From assembly GCA_002633005.1 (NCBI GenBank), contig NMRA01000406.1:66862-130861 (forward strand): 64,000 bases of DNA. Reading direction: 5' to 3'. The position numbers were made by a program, and so were the translations under genes. Shown piece after piece: positions 12,101-27,100 of this stretch. Each line of letters starts with the position of its first letter. The first letter of the stretch is position 1. This stretch comes from Phoronis australis (taxonomy: Eukaryota; Animalia; Phoronida). The notes beneath the pieces were generated by a model. It saw only the letters and a list, made by a program, of their open reading frames with translations, did no database searches and was not told where the DNA came from.

Positions 12101-15100
12101 TGACCAAATACCACTTAATTTCTGAGCAGAATCTTTTCTTTAAAGGTCATACTGAAGTAAAGAATCCAACAAAACACTAGTTTTGTCAAGAAGTGTTACT
12201 TGACATCAGTCAGCTTGAAACAGAAAACTCAAACACTTTTAAACCATGACTCAATTCTATCAAGGTTTTCACATTGAAATAAGAGTATCTAGGCAGCAAA
12301 TTTTCCTTGAGACGAGTAACGACCTCAATAGATACAAGCCCCAATTGTCTTAAGCTGGCCTTGTGTCATGCATCATTTGATGTAAAATGTGACCCAGGCT
12401 TTTAATGGCCCTAGTAGATACACACTCCCAATTGCCGTTGGGCTGATCTCACGTTTTTTCACTCAGCAGCCAATGAAAGCATACCATTCGTTCAATCATT
12501 TTGTCCAACATGGTTGCAGCGTACATCCTTCGGCGTTGATCTTCAAACCTAGCCTTTACAAACACGCATGGTTTCTTGACCTCAAAAGGCATGTGGTAGT
12601 ATATTCTGCAACAATTATTGTTTACAGTTCACCATGCATTCCCAAACAGTTGTGGTTTACAATTCATCATGCTTTCTCAGACAGTTATGTTTTGCATTTC
12701 ATCTTGCATTCCTAGACAGTTATGGTTAATAAATTTTATCACACACATTCCAAGACATCTGTCTTACATTTCATCCTGCAGACAGTTACAGTTTATGTTT
12801 CATCACACATTTCCAGTCAGTATATATTTCATCACCCATTTCCAGTCAGTATATATTTCATCACACATTTCCAGTCAGTATATATTTCATCACCCATTTC
12901 CAGTCAGTATATATTTCATCACACATTTCCAGTCAGTTTATATTTCATCACCCATTTCCAGTCAGTATATATTTCATCACACATTTCCAGTCAGTTTATA
13001 TTTCATCACACATTTCTAGACAATTATAGTGCTCATTACAGCATACTAATGGCATACAGCATATCATAGCAAGAGCAAACGTGTAAAGCGTTAAAAGGCA
13101 CCCATGCCTACACCATAAACGGTGTGCATCTGAGGGTGTTTAACAGTGTCCTAAAAATGGCCATAAGACGGCACAGAATACATTGAACCTATCCAAAAAT
13201 GGGAAGGTGACATCATTTCTCAAAATTATTGGCCAAATTTCATGAACTCCAAATAATTAAAATGGCCACTAGCTGGTATAGAATATGTCAAATCCATCAA
13301 AAAATGGAAATAGGTGCTGTCGTCTTCATAACAAAAAAAAGTTTGTCAAAGTTCATAAAAAGTATCAAGGAACTCTGAAGTTAAGAGGCAAACATAAAAA
13401 TAAAATCGCCACTTGGGAGCATAGGTGTAGTCTGATTGTTCTGAAACTCGTAGTCACCTCTTGCCATCTAAATAGGAACAAATCTTCAAAATTTTGCCAA
13501 GATCTTGCAAAGGGTGAAGGAGATACAACTGTGGATACAATAAAACAAAACTGCCACTTGAGGGTGCCAGAGAAGTTGAACAAGTCTGAAAATTAACATC
13601 AACCTTGGTCTTCTAATTAGGAGCACATCTCCTCAAATGATCCTTAAGCAGTTTGGTAGATGGAGAGGGTGACATCAAAAACGTACTGATAATGGCCACT
13701 GGGTGGCGAAGAATACATCAAATTCATTTGAAAATGAGAAGGCATCGTCGTCTCTTTCATAGAAACCTGTTTGCAAAAATTTCATAATAAAAATACCAAT
13801 ATACGTCGAATCTATACGAAAACCGGAAATTGTCACAGTCTCTTTAATAAAAACCAAATTAGTATAGATAGTTTTAAAATAAAACGATGAGCGTAGGTGC
13901 TAAAATATATTAAAATATTTCCCACATTTCAAGCGATGTGCTCTTTGTCAAGGGTATGATACAGACTGTCGAATAGATAGCTATAAACAAAATTGCACAG
14001 TCATGTGACCACATGGTGATAAACAATAGGCAGCAACAACAATATCGGTCATTACAAGTAACAGTGGGGTACGCATGACAAGAGGAAGGTCTAACTACTG
14101 GAGTCTATTCACTACAGACTTGTAGTGACTGAGATAGAACCCCTATGTCCCTGTTTAGTCCTCTGGCATGAGTATTGAATCTGGCAATGAATTCGGCCTC
14201 GCATTTTCTCTGGATGTCCGGCAGCCCGCCTTTGACTACCGATACACTGAGGTCACTCTGCCATTTTATTTATATCCATCTATTTGGCAGTCTGTATCAT
14301 AACCTTGACATAGAGCACATTGCTTGAAACATGGGGAATATTACATATATTTTACTACCAACACTCGTCGTTTTATTTTTACTGTTTTTACTATTTGATA
14401 TTCTTATCCATCTGTAACTGCATGGCATTCCAGCATCTATTTGATTTATTCATTTATTAACAGAAACCCATTGATTAAATTTCATGAAAATTCATCAAGA
14501 TGCTCCAAAGATAACAGAAGACAATATAAAAAAATAAAATTGCCACTAGAGGGGAACAGCAGTAGTCAGATCCATCCAAAGGTCGTCATCGTCCGTTGGC
14601 AACTTCATATAAATATACTTGCCAAATTTAATAAAGATCTTGTTGAGGGCTAAGGAGATACAGCCAGACACAAAAAATGCACTAGGAGGCACCACAGTAG
14701 TCGAAGTTAGCCATGTCCTCTTCACAGTAAAAATGGGCACTAGGTGACACAAAATACCCCATTCAAAAATGAGAAGGTTGTATCATCTCACTAATAGATA
14801 CCCATGTGTTAAATTTTATGAAAATCCTTTAAGGACCTCCGAAAATACAGACTGAGGTAAACGCAAAAAAAACAAAATTGCCACTAGGGAGCACACCACA
14901 AGTCAGATCCATCCGAGAATATTCGCTCAAACCATTGGTGGCCCATCCATAAATAAAGGAACATATCTGCAAAATTTCAAGAACACACATCGAAGGGTTT
15001 TGGAGATGGAGTAGCCGACGTGTTCTGTAATTGATTGGGATTGATACAACATCAAGTGCTCCCATCAATAACACACTATATGTTATCAAATATTTCCCAT

Positions 15101-18100
15101 TAACGCCCCCAACATCTCAAGTTAAAGTTGTGCGCTAGTTATCAAAAGTTTAGTCACAGCGTTATTACTGAAAAAAGGCCACTAGGAATCTTTTAAGGTT
15201 GAGGTATCTTGTTGGCTTTAACCCAATGGTATAAGACAGTCATACAAGGTAAGTACCAAGAAGTGTAATGATCATACATCAATATTCCCAGAACGACCGT
15301 GTGAAAGATGAAATAACATATTAAACTAACACCTAATGCATCAACAATGAGAACTTCAATAACAAATTGGAAAGTCATATTTTACTTGTCTTCAGTTTCT
15401 GGAATCATGGCATTGGTAGTGCTGAAAGTTTCCTTGACAACAGATTTAGCCTTCTGTTGCCGTGTCTTCCTATCTCCATCCTCATCCTCCTCCCCCTCGT
15501 CATCTTCGTCACTTAAAAGGTTGGGGACGTCCACATGGACCGTGCCGTCCAACTGGTTACCATAGTTACCTGCAGGTGAAATGTAAAAGACGATTAACAT
15601 TGATAGTACAACTGTGTGTTCAGACGGTTCAACAAGTAACAAGAGCAACGTGGAGCGTTGAAATGCGCCCACAAATACATTGCAAATGGTGTGCTGTTAG
15701 GGTTGTTTATTTGTATCATAAAATGGAAACTAGATGGCGCAAAAACATACAATCCATCCAAAAACAGGAACATGCCATATTACACAAAAATCTGTCAAGG
15801 AACTTCAGAGAAACAAAGGAAAACAGAATAAAATGAAATTGCCACTAGTGGGCACAGTGTCCGTTGGATCTGCCTAAAAGTGGTCGTTGTCTGTTGTTAT
15901 CTTCATATAAATACACTTACTAAATTTAGTAAAAGATCCTGCAGTAAGTTTAAGAGATACAACTATGGGCGCAAAACAAAACTACCACTAGGAGGTGCCA
16001 CAGTAATCAGTCACTATCATCAAAGGTCGTTTTCACACTGAGAACTTATATGCCAATTTTCAAATGATTTGGTTGATACAAGGATGGACACCATAAATAA
16101 GATTTGAAAACAGCAAAAGTGGCCACTAGGTGGTGCAAAATACCTCGATTCCATCCAAAAACAGGCAGATAGCATCATCACACCAATAAATGCCTATATT
16201 TAAAATGTTATGAAAATCTCTTAAGGACCTTTGAAGGTACCGAGTTAAACGTAAAAAACTAAAATTGACACTAGAGGGCACAGCAGTAGTCAGATCTGTC
16301 TGAAAGTCGTCGTCATCCGTAGTCAACATCATATAAATACACTTGCTAAATGGTAAAGATCATACGAACGGTTTAGGAGATACAGCCATAGGCACAACAA
16401 AAACAAAACTGCCACTAGGAGGCGCCACAAGAGTCGAAACCGCCAGAAAATCATCGTCAACCGTCCTCTTTATAGTAAGCACATACATGCCAATTTTCAT
16501 AGTCATCCTTTGAGCGGTTTGGTTAATAGAGGGGTGGACGGAAAAAACAGACTCGAAAACAATAAAAATGGCATTAGGTGGTACAAACTACGTCAAATCC
16601 ATCCGAAAACGGAGGGATAGCGTCATCTCACTACTACGTGCCTACACGTTAAATTTCATGAAAATACGTTAAGGACTTTTGAAGATACAAAGGTAAGTGT
16701 AAAATTGCCACTAGGGGGCCACCGGTAGTTGGATCCATCCGAAAGTTCGCTCGTGCCGTCCCATTCATGAATGGAACACATATATGCCAAATTTCATGAA
16801 CGTATGTCAAAGGGTTTTGGAGATAAAGCAGCGGACGCTGGACGGACGAACGGAGATGACGGCATAGTACGTCCACATATAAATATGTGGGCGCATAAAA
16901 ACCACACCAGGTTTTCAGACAAGGGTAAAAAATACGGTAATTCTCCACTTTTTTCGCACAAAATAAATAAATACATTGATTTCTTATTTGTCGGGGTGTG
17001 TGAAATAAAGTGAATAGCTTACACAGATTTCATACCTGATGGGGATGAAAAATGAACTCACTAACCAAGCATTTGCACCTGCTGTGTGCAAATTCAATAG
17101 AATAAATGCACCTTAAGGGTTGCCAACATTGTTCAGTTAACAATATGTTGTAACTATTCCAATTGTTCAGTTAACAGTGTGTTGTAACTGTTCCAATTGA
17201 CCTATCGCAATCTGCGCCCCTTTGTGAAAAGTAACCGACAACATGTTGTTTGTCGGGTAAAATGGCAGCTTGGAAATGCAGACCAAGGTGTGTCAAGAAG
17301 GTTACGTTCTGATTGGTCAGCCAAGCCATCAGTCAAAATCTTGGCGATAGGTAAATTTAAAAGTACTTCACCCCATTGTTGATGAAGCCCTCTATTGAGC
17401 AAATGCCTCTGGGTTATAGAACACTCATCTAAGTCACATCTTTCATCTTGTGTTTTGAACAGCACGAGATACCCCTTATAGATGGATGGAATGGAGTGAT
17501 GCTTACATAACTCAGAGCTTATCAACACATTTAAAAAGTAGCGTATTACTGGGATTAACAGCAGGGCTTTGCCTGCAAATGTTACTGTGTGCGAATTGGG
17601 ATATGAAAGATATTTACACATAACTGTCACGTAGCCACATGCTAAATAAATGAAGGACAACATATATTTTTCCAACTAATTTTAGGTAACTATGCGAAAT
17701 GAGGTGAATGTGTTACCATAACCATCCAAGTTAACATCCATGTTTGGCTCAACCCACCCACGATATTTCCAATTTTTCATTTCTAGTTGCCCATGCAAGC
17801 TCAACTCACCACTACCAATTTCTCAAAACCTCGTTTAAATTAAAAGGACCTGGCATTCTTTGTGAACATCACTCACAACAGAATCTTAGTTCTTAACATC
17901 TATCCTACTCACTACCCCTAACTAACAAACAGTTTCACTGCTCAAAAAATTTGTTTGAATGCCCATGTTCAGCTTAATGGCCATCTCATCATTTTGAGTT
18001 TCCCAATTTTTAAAGCGCCTATAGGTGTTACACATGGGTACAATGTGACCCTTATACACCTGTAAGAACAACTGAAAGTACACTAATTTTGAGAGACGAG

Positions 18101-21100
18101 AGTAAATCAGGTCACCTGAGAAATTCATGTAAAAGGTCAGTCATGTTCATAATTTGAATATACAGCGACAAGTGTGAGCTTTATGGGCTTCCATTCGTTC
18201 GTAACAAGGCTCACTTGACCTCTGACCTCTACTTACCAATACTGATCTCAAACTGTATAGGCTTGCCTGCCAGTTTGGCGTCAATCATTGTAGCATGCAA
18301 AAATGAACAGAAGAGAAAGAAGTCTGCCATTGGTCCCGCTGCCATCTAGAGCAAAGTAAATAAAAATATCACTCACAACAATTAGTACAAATACTTCGTA
18401 AAATTCTGACTCAAAAGTATTCATTACATGCCACTGTGCACCTAAACATATTGTCTACCTTTTCAAATCTGCTCACATTATTGTAATTACAAGCCAATTA
18501 CACAGCATAAGATCTTCTGTTACCACAAAACCCTTACTGGCAGTAGATGGTTCAGCACCAAAGATAAGTGGCCATGGTAGACTATGTAAAGACAAGTTAA
18601 TTATAATCAACGATAAATATATGTCATGGCCAGAAATTGTCCTTGAAATAATAGGTACAAAACCTTGTCTCCGTAGTAGATTCTTCAGAAATGTTCCGTC
18701 ATTCCTAAGTAGAAAGACAAATTTATGGAAACGGCAGAAACAGGTTCTCCGCTATTTTACTGGACACTGAATGTTCACAATAACATACCGGTAATCAACG
18801 CATTGCTAGTCGATAACACAACCTGAGGAAATAGTAATTAAACCTGCAAATAATGATATTTAGCTGCCTAAAACAAAAAAATCTTTGTATAAAATCGGTC
18901 TCTCAGTACTTACCATAAGATTCTGTTTCCGTTACCAACAAGAACAACTTATAACCACCCATAACTAAAGAAATGCCTCGGAGTTTACATGAGGAACCCA
19001 GTCCAGGTGAAAATTGACCATCCAATAATAATCCAATGGTTGAAGTTTGCCAATGCAAACACAATGGCCCATTGAATTCAGTGGGGGCTGCTTGGTCTGG
19101 GTGGTAATCCTTTTTGACACCTCATTATGTCATAAAACAATATGTTCCTGTTGACAGTCCAGACTGATGGCTATCCGTTGTGTTGGCAGGGAATGGGGTA
19201 TTTGAAATTTGCGCTTCAGTTCACAAAACTAATTGGGTTTTGAATTTTCACAGTCATGTAGATCAGCGTGATGGGGATGGGTCAACCATAAATTACAATT
19301 TTTGATTTTTTGCCAACAAAATGAGGTAAAATAGCTTTGAATTTCCATCACTGTATGGACTTTAATTGGTCAAACAAAGAATAGCAACATGTTTAGTGAA
19401 AAGTTTGTTGACAAGAACGTTGAATTTGTTACTGCTTTGTGACTCTAGCTGGTCATGGCAAAGGTAAACTACCTCAGCCATGATAGCCAATCATATGATT
19501 ACATATTCATCATGTGTAAGCCAATTGTAATGTAGGAGTTCTTATAATTAGGGTGCACTTTAAAAAAACTGCCACACAGAATTTGAGATTGAATCTCATA
19601 GGATCTACTAATGGTGTACTGAAGAAATAGTACAAGAGAGAACATCTCGTAGATTATAAGGATCTTGCAAGGACAAGGTCAACAGAGATTGTTCCCATGT
19701 GCATTGTGGGTAATGAGCTACCATTGACTTTGAATCACAAAGGACTATGACCGGCGAAGTGCATCATTGGTAGTGACATTCTACTAAGTTCATATTACCT
19801 CACAAACCACTGTAATTAGCAAGCGGATTGTTGTAAAACAGAGGGAGATAATAGTAGTTGGTACAAGAAGTGACCGACAGGACTGTTGTGTGAGACAGTC
19901 GTAGTGTGTGAACAGTCGGTTGTACAAAGTTGGAGTCAAAGAATGTCTTGCTATGAAGCCTGAGTTAGAAATTCTGAGTCAATGTCATTGCTTTACAGCT
20001 TTTTGGTAAGTTATGTAATACCCTCTCAAAATGAATATGTACAATGAACAGCAATGAAACTATAAAATTAGCTTCACCTACGCTCTACAGTTGGATGGAA
20101 GAAAGTTAAAGCCTGCAGCAACACAGGTAAGTGCAAATGCATCCATGGTCAGTTAGCCAGTTTCTTTGCTTTTCACCCCATAAGGAGTGGTGAAGGCAAT
20201 AAACCTACCCCAAGGCATGTTACATGTTACCGCATAAATTAACTTGAAGATTTCATCAGAAATTAAACTTTTGCCAAAAAATTACTGCGTAGGTACTCAG
20301 CGAGACATCAATATTTCTTGTGCTAAGACATTAAATTATTTATTTTGTCCCAAAAGACACTCAAGTAATTATTGAACAAAGCCAAAAAAGATGTTGAGTG
20401 CTTTCAGGCTCCTTTTTACAGAATGATGGAACACATATCTGACTGAGAAATGCCATTCGATAATACTTCTTAAACAAACATCAATAGACGACTTTGAATT
20501 GTAGCCATCTTAAACGGATATTATTTGTACTTACCAAGTACAGAGTGGTGATAAATTATTTGCCACTCAGTCTGTACAATAATCTCTAAATTAGCCTCCC
20601 ACTTATCTAAATGGTTTTGGTTTTTGAAACCATGTTTCAACAAATATATCATAAATATTTCATGTTTCTTTCCAGTTTGACTTATAAATTCTCCAAAAGG
20701 GAGAAATAAACAGTGGCGGACTGTTTACATTTAAAGTTATGCTTAATGCAATTTTTCAGAACACAATACCTAGTAAATATTAATTCATGATATGTTATCA
20801 ATTTACCTTTATCGTTTACTTTTTAACTTGATCAATATTGCCAGTTAGGATTATTCATGCTCGATAAATTGAGTGTCATACAAAGCTTCCACTCGGCCAA
20901 TTAGAAACAAAACCACTATTGTTCTTGAAAATGTCTTGTTAACGGTTTGTACGATTTTACATCTACATTATTCTCTTTTATAGTTTTATTAGTTTTTGAG
21001 AAAGACTTTTCAAAATAAAGGAACAGGTCTAACGGAAAATAAAAGAGGTTAGCATGGCTTTGAATACATCAGTCTGTTCCTTTGAAACTCAACTAGGAAG

Positions 21101-24100
21101 AAGCTATACCAGACCACAAAATTAAGAAATATAGCAGTGTTGATAGTTTCAAATGAAATGTCCATGGTCCATGCCAACTTGGGCCACCTCTGATACATTA
21201 TTCCAGGATGTTAGTTATCACATGACACTTGTTCGATAAAATGGCTTCTGCTTGTGAATTAGTGAAAGTAAGAAACATTCAATGCAATAAGGAACTCGAG
21301 GGAAATGCACTTTCATAAATCAAAGATTTTCTACAAAATCCATACAATTAAACATGCGTTAAAATCCACTTTGAACAAGATAAGGATCGATTTGGAAAAA
21401 TCTTTTGAATTTCTGCAATACGTCACGTGAGCCCAACATGGTTTTATCCACATTTCATTCTCCAGGGAGGCTCGGGGGCTCGAACAAGCCTCCTTATTTG
21501 GCGAAGTGGGTATGAAGGTCCGCCTTTGGGAAACAAAAACTCTGAAAAACGTACAAAACGAGATGAAAATCCCCTAAAAAGGCAGAAATTACCTAATTTC
21601 GGCGAATGCACAATTCATAGCTGTGAACATAACCCGTTTTTTAGTAAAAAGGTCCACATTCTCAAAAATTCGAGCCCCCACTTTTTAGGCTGGGTATGCG
21701 CATGTTCTCACTAGGCCTGAAAGAATGTGAATAAAACCATATGTGATGAAGCAATCTGGTTTAAAAGACATGTTCAGGACATGAAAGTTAAATTTACTAG
21801 GTATGTGCTACGTGACAACAAAAATTTTTTGTCTCCAAAAGTTTGTGACCGTATTCGAATTGATATGATCACAAAACACCATTAAATGTTTGTCAAAGGA
21901 CATTTTAACAAAATAGTTTTACCATTTTGGTGTCATTTTGTCAGTTGTCAATTTTAATTAACACTCCGTACATTGCACTCCGTAAATATGGCAAACGCGA
22001 AGGATTGAGAAATAGTGCAAAAATGCCAGAATAGACTCTATGCCAGGCACAAATGGGACCACCTTACTACCTATGACATCACATAGACACCCACGCACAT
22101 AAATATACAAACTATTCTAAATAAACATGCTGCTTACAATGTTTCCGCCTTCCTGTTGCATGAAAGGTCAACTCATCGAATGAAATGTATTAATGGCACA
22201 AGCAAGGTATCCCTTCCTCATAATGTCATTACTACTTTGTTTAAAGGATCATTGGTAAATAGCACATAGCACTACCAAGTGATAACTGACCTGATCTAAC
22301 TATCACCGAGCAATGCTGGGCGGACATAAAGGACAATGACATCCAGACCTGGGCAGACAAGGAGGATAGAAAGAAATTACTCTGGGCAGACAGTGACACA
22401 AAGGTTGTAGAGACATCTTAGCCCGGGAAGACATGGAGGACACTGACATCCAAACCTGGGCACACAGACAGAGAGTGACATCCAAGCTTAGGCAGACAGG
22501 GAGGACAGAAAGAAATTACCCTGGGCAGTGACACAAAGGATGTGTAGAGACATCCTAGTCAGAGAAGACATGGAAGACAGTGACTTCCAAACCTTGGCAC
22601 AGTCGGAAAGTGACATCTAAGCTTGGGCAGACAGGGAGGACAAAAAGAAATTAGCCTGGGCAGTGACACAAAGGATGTAGAGACCTACTAGCCCGGGAAT
22701 ACATGGAGGACAGTGACATCCAAACCTGAGCAGATGGGTAGGACAGAGAGGCAAATTACCCAAAGTAGATGACGGACGGAGACATCACAATCCCAGCAGA
22801 CTCAAAGGACAGTGATAAATTAGCATGGGCAGCCACGGAAGGTAATCTGGCCTTGAAACATTAGTAAGGAGCTAAAGAACCAATAGTAGATAAAACATAG
22901 GCCATTCTCAAGATTCAATCAAGGCTGTCATTCCAACGCTTGATCAGCATGTAGATCCAACTGTCTGGCTAGCCCAGCTGCTCAAATTAAAAACACTGTA
23001 CCTAACTGGTGCAGTTCCAGCATGTTTTTGGTGCATTCGTATATCTGTATTGTCTCAAATAAGTGGTTGATCCATTCATGCCTGTAGTCAGTTATTGAAA
23101 TGCAGTGTGCATGAGACCCCTGGGTGGGCGATGACTGTGTCATGTTCTACAGAACTAGAACTTGCCTCCATGGATTATTGCAGATAAACAAAAGTTTTAA
23201 CATTGGCAATAAAAACAGCACATACAGAGTAATAACAAATGTCTCCTTAGAAAAACTGGTTTTTATGATACAATAGAATGTTTTCTTTTTCTTCAATTCT
23301 TAAAAGAATTTTTGTTTGGTGCTATTTTTAACAAGAGAATTTGAATTTATATATTCAGTAATTTAGTGATGTGTGTCTTGTGTGGATATATTACATTTCA
23401 CCATATGAGAAACAATGAATTAATCAGAGGTTTGGCAATACCTGAACAAGAGCTTTAAATTACACAATATGTAGAGGATAGTTCACTTTATTACAGATGT
23501 AGCAACTGACAATAGTCATTTTAATTCTTCTGCTATATTACACAGCTTCACTTGAATTGAAAACAAGCGCATTGATATGTGCCCACAGTGCACCACTAAC
23601 ATTTTTCAAGGGGTACTTATCAGTGTTACGTAAAGTAACCAGGAGACAATTTAACCACAAGGACTAGCTGCAATAGTCAAAATCAAGAAAAAATGTTGGC
23701 ATCTCACGTTTTAAAATGAACATCAAATCAATTTAAAAAACAATTGCACCAAAGAAATGAAACATGTCACAAAGGGGCATAGCACCACCCTGTAGACATC
23801 CAAAAATCAGCAGGTCAAGCCTATTTCTGTTCAAAAAGAACCATGAGTTTGGAAAGATACAAAGATGGACACAAAGTGACATAATCGGCACATTGCTTGA
23901 TGGAATCGACTCAAAACTGATACCTGCCATCATCTGTAACATGGAAAGGCCAATAAGGTGTGCTGCAATAGTCAAATCCGCTCGTATTGCCTATACCTGT
24001 CACATATCTTTGATTCAAAGTTTCATTGAAATACATCAATCCCTTTTATTGACATAATCCAGAAATGATCTTCTTCCAAAAATACTAAAAAGACCCTGCT

Positions 24101-27100
24101 GAAGATCAAAATGGCCATAATGGGGGGGCCATGACTGCAAATGTCCAATTGACCCAAAAATCGACTTAAGATAGAGCATTGCCATCACATATCCAAGTGC
24201 TTAAGTTACATTGAAATCTGTCAATCAGTTCTTTAGAAACACTCTTCCCAAAAAATACTGAAAAGCCCCACCCAAGCCCCTGGGGCAATGGCATATTGAA
24301 AAGTGGCATGCACAATCCCAGTCATGACATACACCAACCATAGGTTTATGAGGTAAAGAGCAGACAACTGGACAACTCGCCAAAATGGCCATTGCAGTAC
24401 AGTTAGTAGTCAAAATTGCCTGAAAATCAACTGTCTAGTTTATTGAAATCTGCCAACTGGTTCTCTAGATATTCCGGAAATGCTCTTCCTTCCAAAAGTA
24501 CAGAAAAACACCCTTGACAATCCACCGATGCTTGCCCATTGTTGTGTCTTACCTTTGTGTCAAATTTCATTGAAATTCGTCAACTGGTTCTCTAGATTAC
24601 ATTTGAAATTGTTCTTACTCCAAAAAGTATGGCTGAAAAGGGCTTGTCGAGACCTACCGTATTCGCCGTAATAACCCCCCAGGGCACTTAGAAAAGTTCA
24701 GTTCAGAGGGGCGCTTATTATAACCCAAGGCGGTTGAAACCCGGTCTCTGAAACGGGTGAAATCGGAAGCTAAGATTCATCAAATTTACGCTCTGTGACG
24801 TATATGTAATCTATGAAAGACTCAACAAAACTGGGGTGCATTGCTATTAAACTTTGATGCTAAATTACGATCATTTTACAGAAAATTGTGCTGAAATCCC
24901 AGGCGAAAACTCGCTGACTGACTACCTTGAAATCACCATCTTCGATATGGCGACTTCAGTGCTTGAATAAAAATGGTTTCGACTCAAGCAAACTACCTGA
25001 AATCCTCGTTAAGTTTTATAAGTAGCGTATCTAAGATTTTTTAAGTTCCCGTGGAGTCTGGATAAACGGCAGATTTAAGTACAAATCTGTGCAACATCGT
25101 GCCATCTACATGTATGATCGGAAACATGGCAAGAAAAATGTCTGGACGAACACACATGTTGTTGTGCGACGTTTGTTTTGAAGTTTGTCTGCGAGTAAGC
25201 GAGCGCGTGCGTGTCACCAGAGTTCATTTGCCAAAGCAGAGACCGTCTTTTGGCCAGAGCCACGCAATCTAACTAGCTAGATGTGTCTAAAGAAATTTGC
25301 ACAAGCAGTAGGCCTAAACCAGAGCATGTTTCATTCAGCACTTGCCGGTCTCGTGCTAAAAACGTTCGACATTTGTCTCAGTAAGGCCCATATTAGTCGC
25401 CGTGTAGCTGGATGCATACATAATGACAGTTATTTTTCGGTGTAACGGTGTGTAAGCATTCACTGTCAGTTGTCATTTTATCGGATATTCGGCTTAAAAA
25501 AAATTATGCTTAATCAAACAATCCATCTCAAAAATAACGCAAACATGTTTTACAGTATTAGAAATTGTCGGAAATTGGTGCCAATATTCATTTCTTATCG
25601 ATGCTATGCTACCCGTTTCATGAATGGATAGTTCCCGACTAATGTCTTTGATGACAGGTTCATGTATGTAGCGCGCGCTTCCTGGCCACGTGCGTTTAAC
25701 ACCCAGTTATTTTTATTCATGAGACAGTCGATGTGTCTGTACTGAAAGGTCAGACCATAGTGGGACACGGTCGTCGCGCGAGTAGCAACGCTGATGCGTT
25801 CTTTTTGAAGCGCTGCGTTATTTTGAAGTGTATAGTCACGGCTAAATACAAACGTAGCAGTGCCACTGGTGGTCTAGAAGACCCGTGCAATTTTTTTGAT
25901 AAATTGAAGACGTTACTGTAGCCGAGTTTTAGGACTGTAGGTACGTCATTGTTCGCATGTACGTTCATGGAGTGGGAGCTTATTTCAGCAAAGTCTGGGC
26001 GCTTATAGGGGCATGGGCGGTTATTACGGCGAATATGGTAAGTAGCCACTACGATGGCACAGCAGTTGAATCCACCCGAAACGTTCTGACAGTAAAAAAA
26101 GGAAGACAGATGATAAATTCACTTCAAATTAATGGTGTTTGCCGATAATCAGGATTTGTCTACACGGGCCGTGATCTTTCTTGCACGCCTCATTTGTCAT
26201 TTTCCGTTGCAGAATAATAAATCTAATGTGTGCAAGCATGTACTATCCAAACAGCCAGCCAGCTATATAGTTGGATACGGGAACACTCAAAAGCGATACT
26301 CATTCAGTACACTGAAATTCTGCCTTGTGTTTAACTCATTCAACATGAAACTTATGACTGTATAACAACAGGTCCAAAACTTTTTCGCAAGTCTTGCATT
26401 TGACGGCGAAAGTAACAACATTGTTTTCTCACCACTTATTAATTTTAATGAGACATTCATCAATGGTTACATACTTGTTGCCAATATCTATGTAAATATA
26501 CTTGCAGTCAATATCTATGTAAAGATTGCAATAACCCACAGAGGCAAGTTCTATGCCACATCGTAGCAACTCAGTGATCTTGGGTGCGTTCTCGCTTACT
26601 CATCCCTGCGTTTCAATAAACTGTCTACAATCAAGAACTGATTCCAGTCTTTATCATCCAAAAGCTTATACCGGACCACAAATATGTGAGCGCACCAAAA
26701 ATTTCTTGAACTGCTGCCAGAAAAGTACAAGAAATTAACTTGAGCGACTGGGCTAGCCACAGTTTTCTGTAAAAGCCTCGTTCTAACATTGCAATTTTAA
26801 TCATACATAAATTTTAAAAGAGGCTTATGGGCAAAATGAATCAACATTGGTATCTTGTAGACCTGATTTCCATTCAACAAAACACAAGTTGTGGTATCGT
26901 GCCAACGTATCACAATAACAAGCCATTTGAACACAAACATTAAAAGCATGAAAATTTTGAGACATTCAGTTGAGAAAACAGAATGATTAAGTTTGAGTCT
27001 AATACTGGAAAAAGAACTTACAAAAATTAGTGAAGTTGTGTCCGCATCTCACGGACTTCAGCTTGGCTTGTGACATTATCATTATTCTGGCCAATTGGTG

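Noticed and set aside
11447-13069. ORFs with periodic hydrophobic or repetitive peptides (11447-11722, 11490-11852, 12618-13019, 12722-13069)
   Set aside because: They are translations of the 21- and 29-bp minisatellites inside ferlin introns.
17202-17675. 157-aa minus-strand ORF
   Set aside because: No recognisable domain, non-ATG start, and intronic between two phase-matched ferlin exons.
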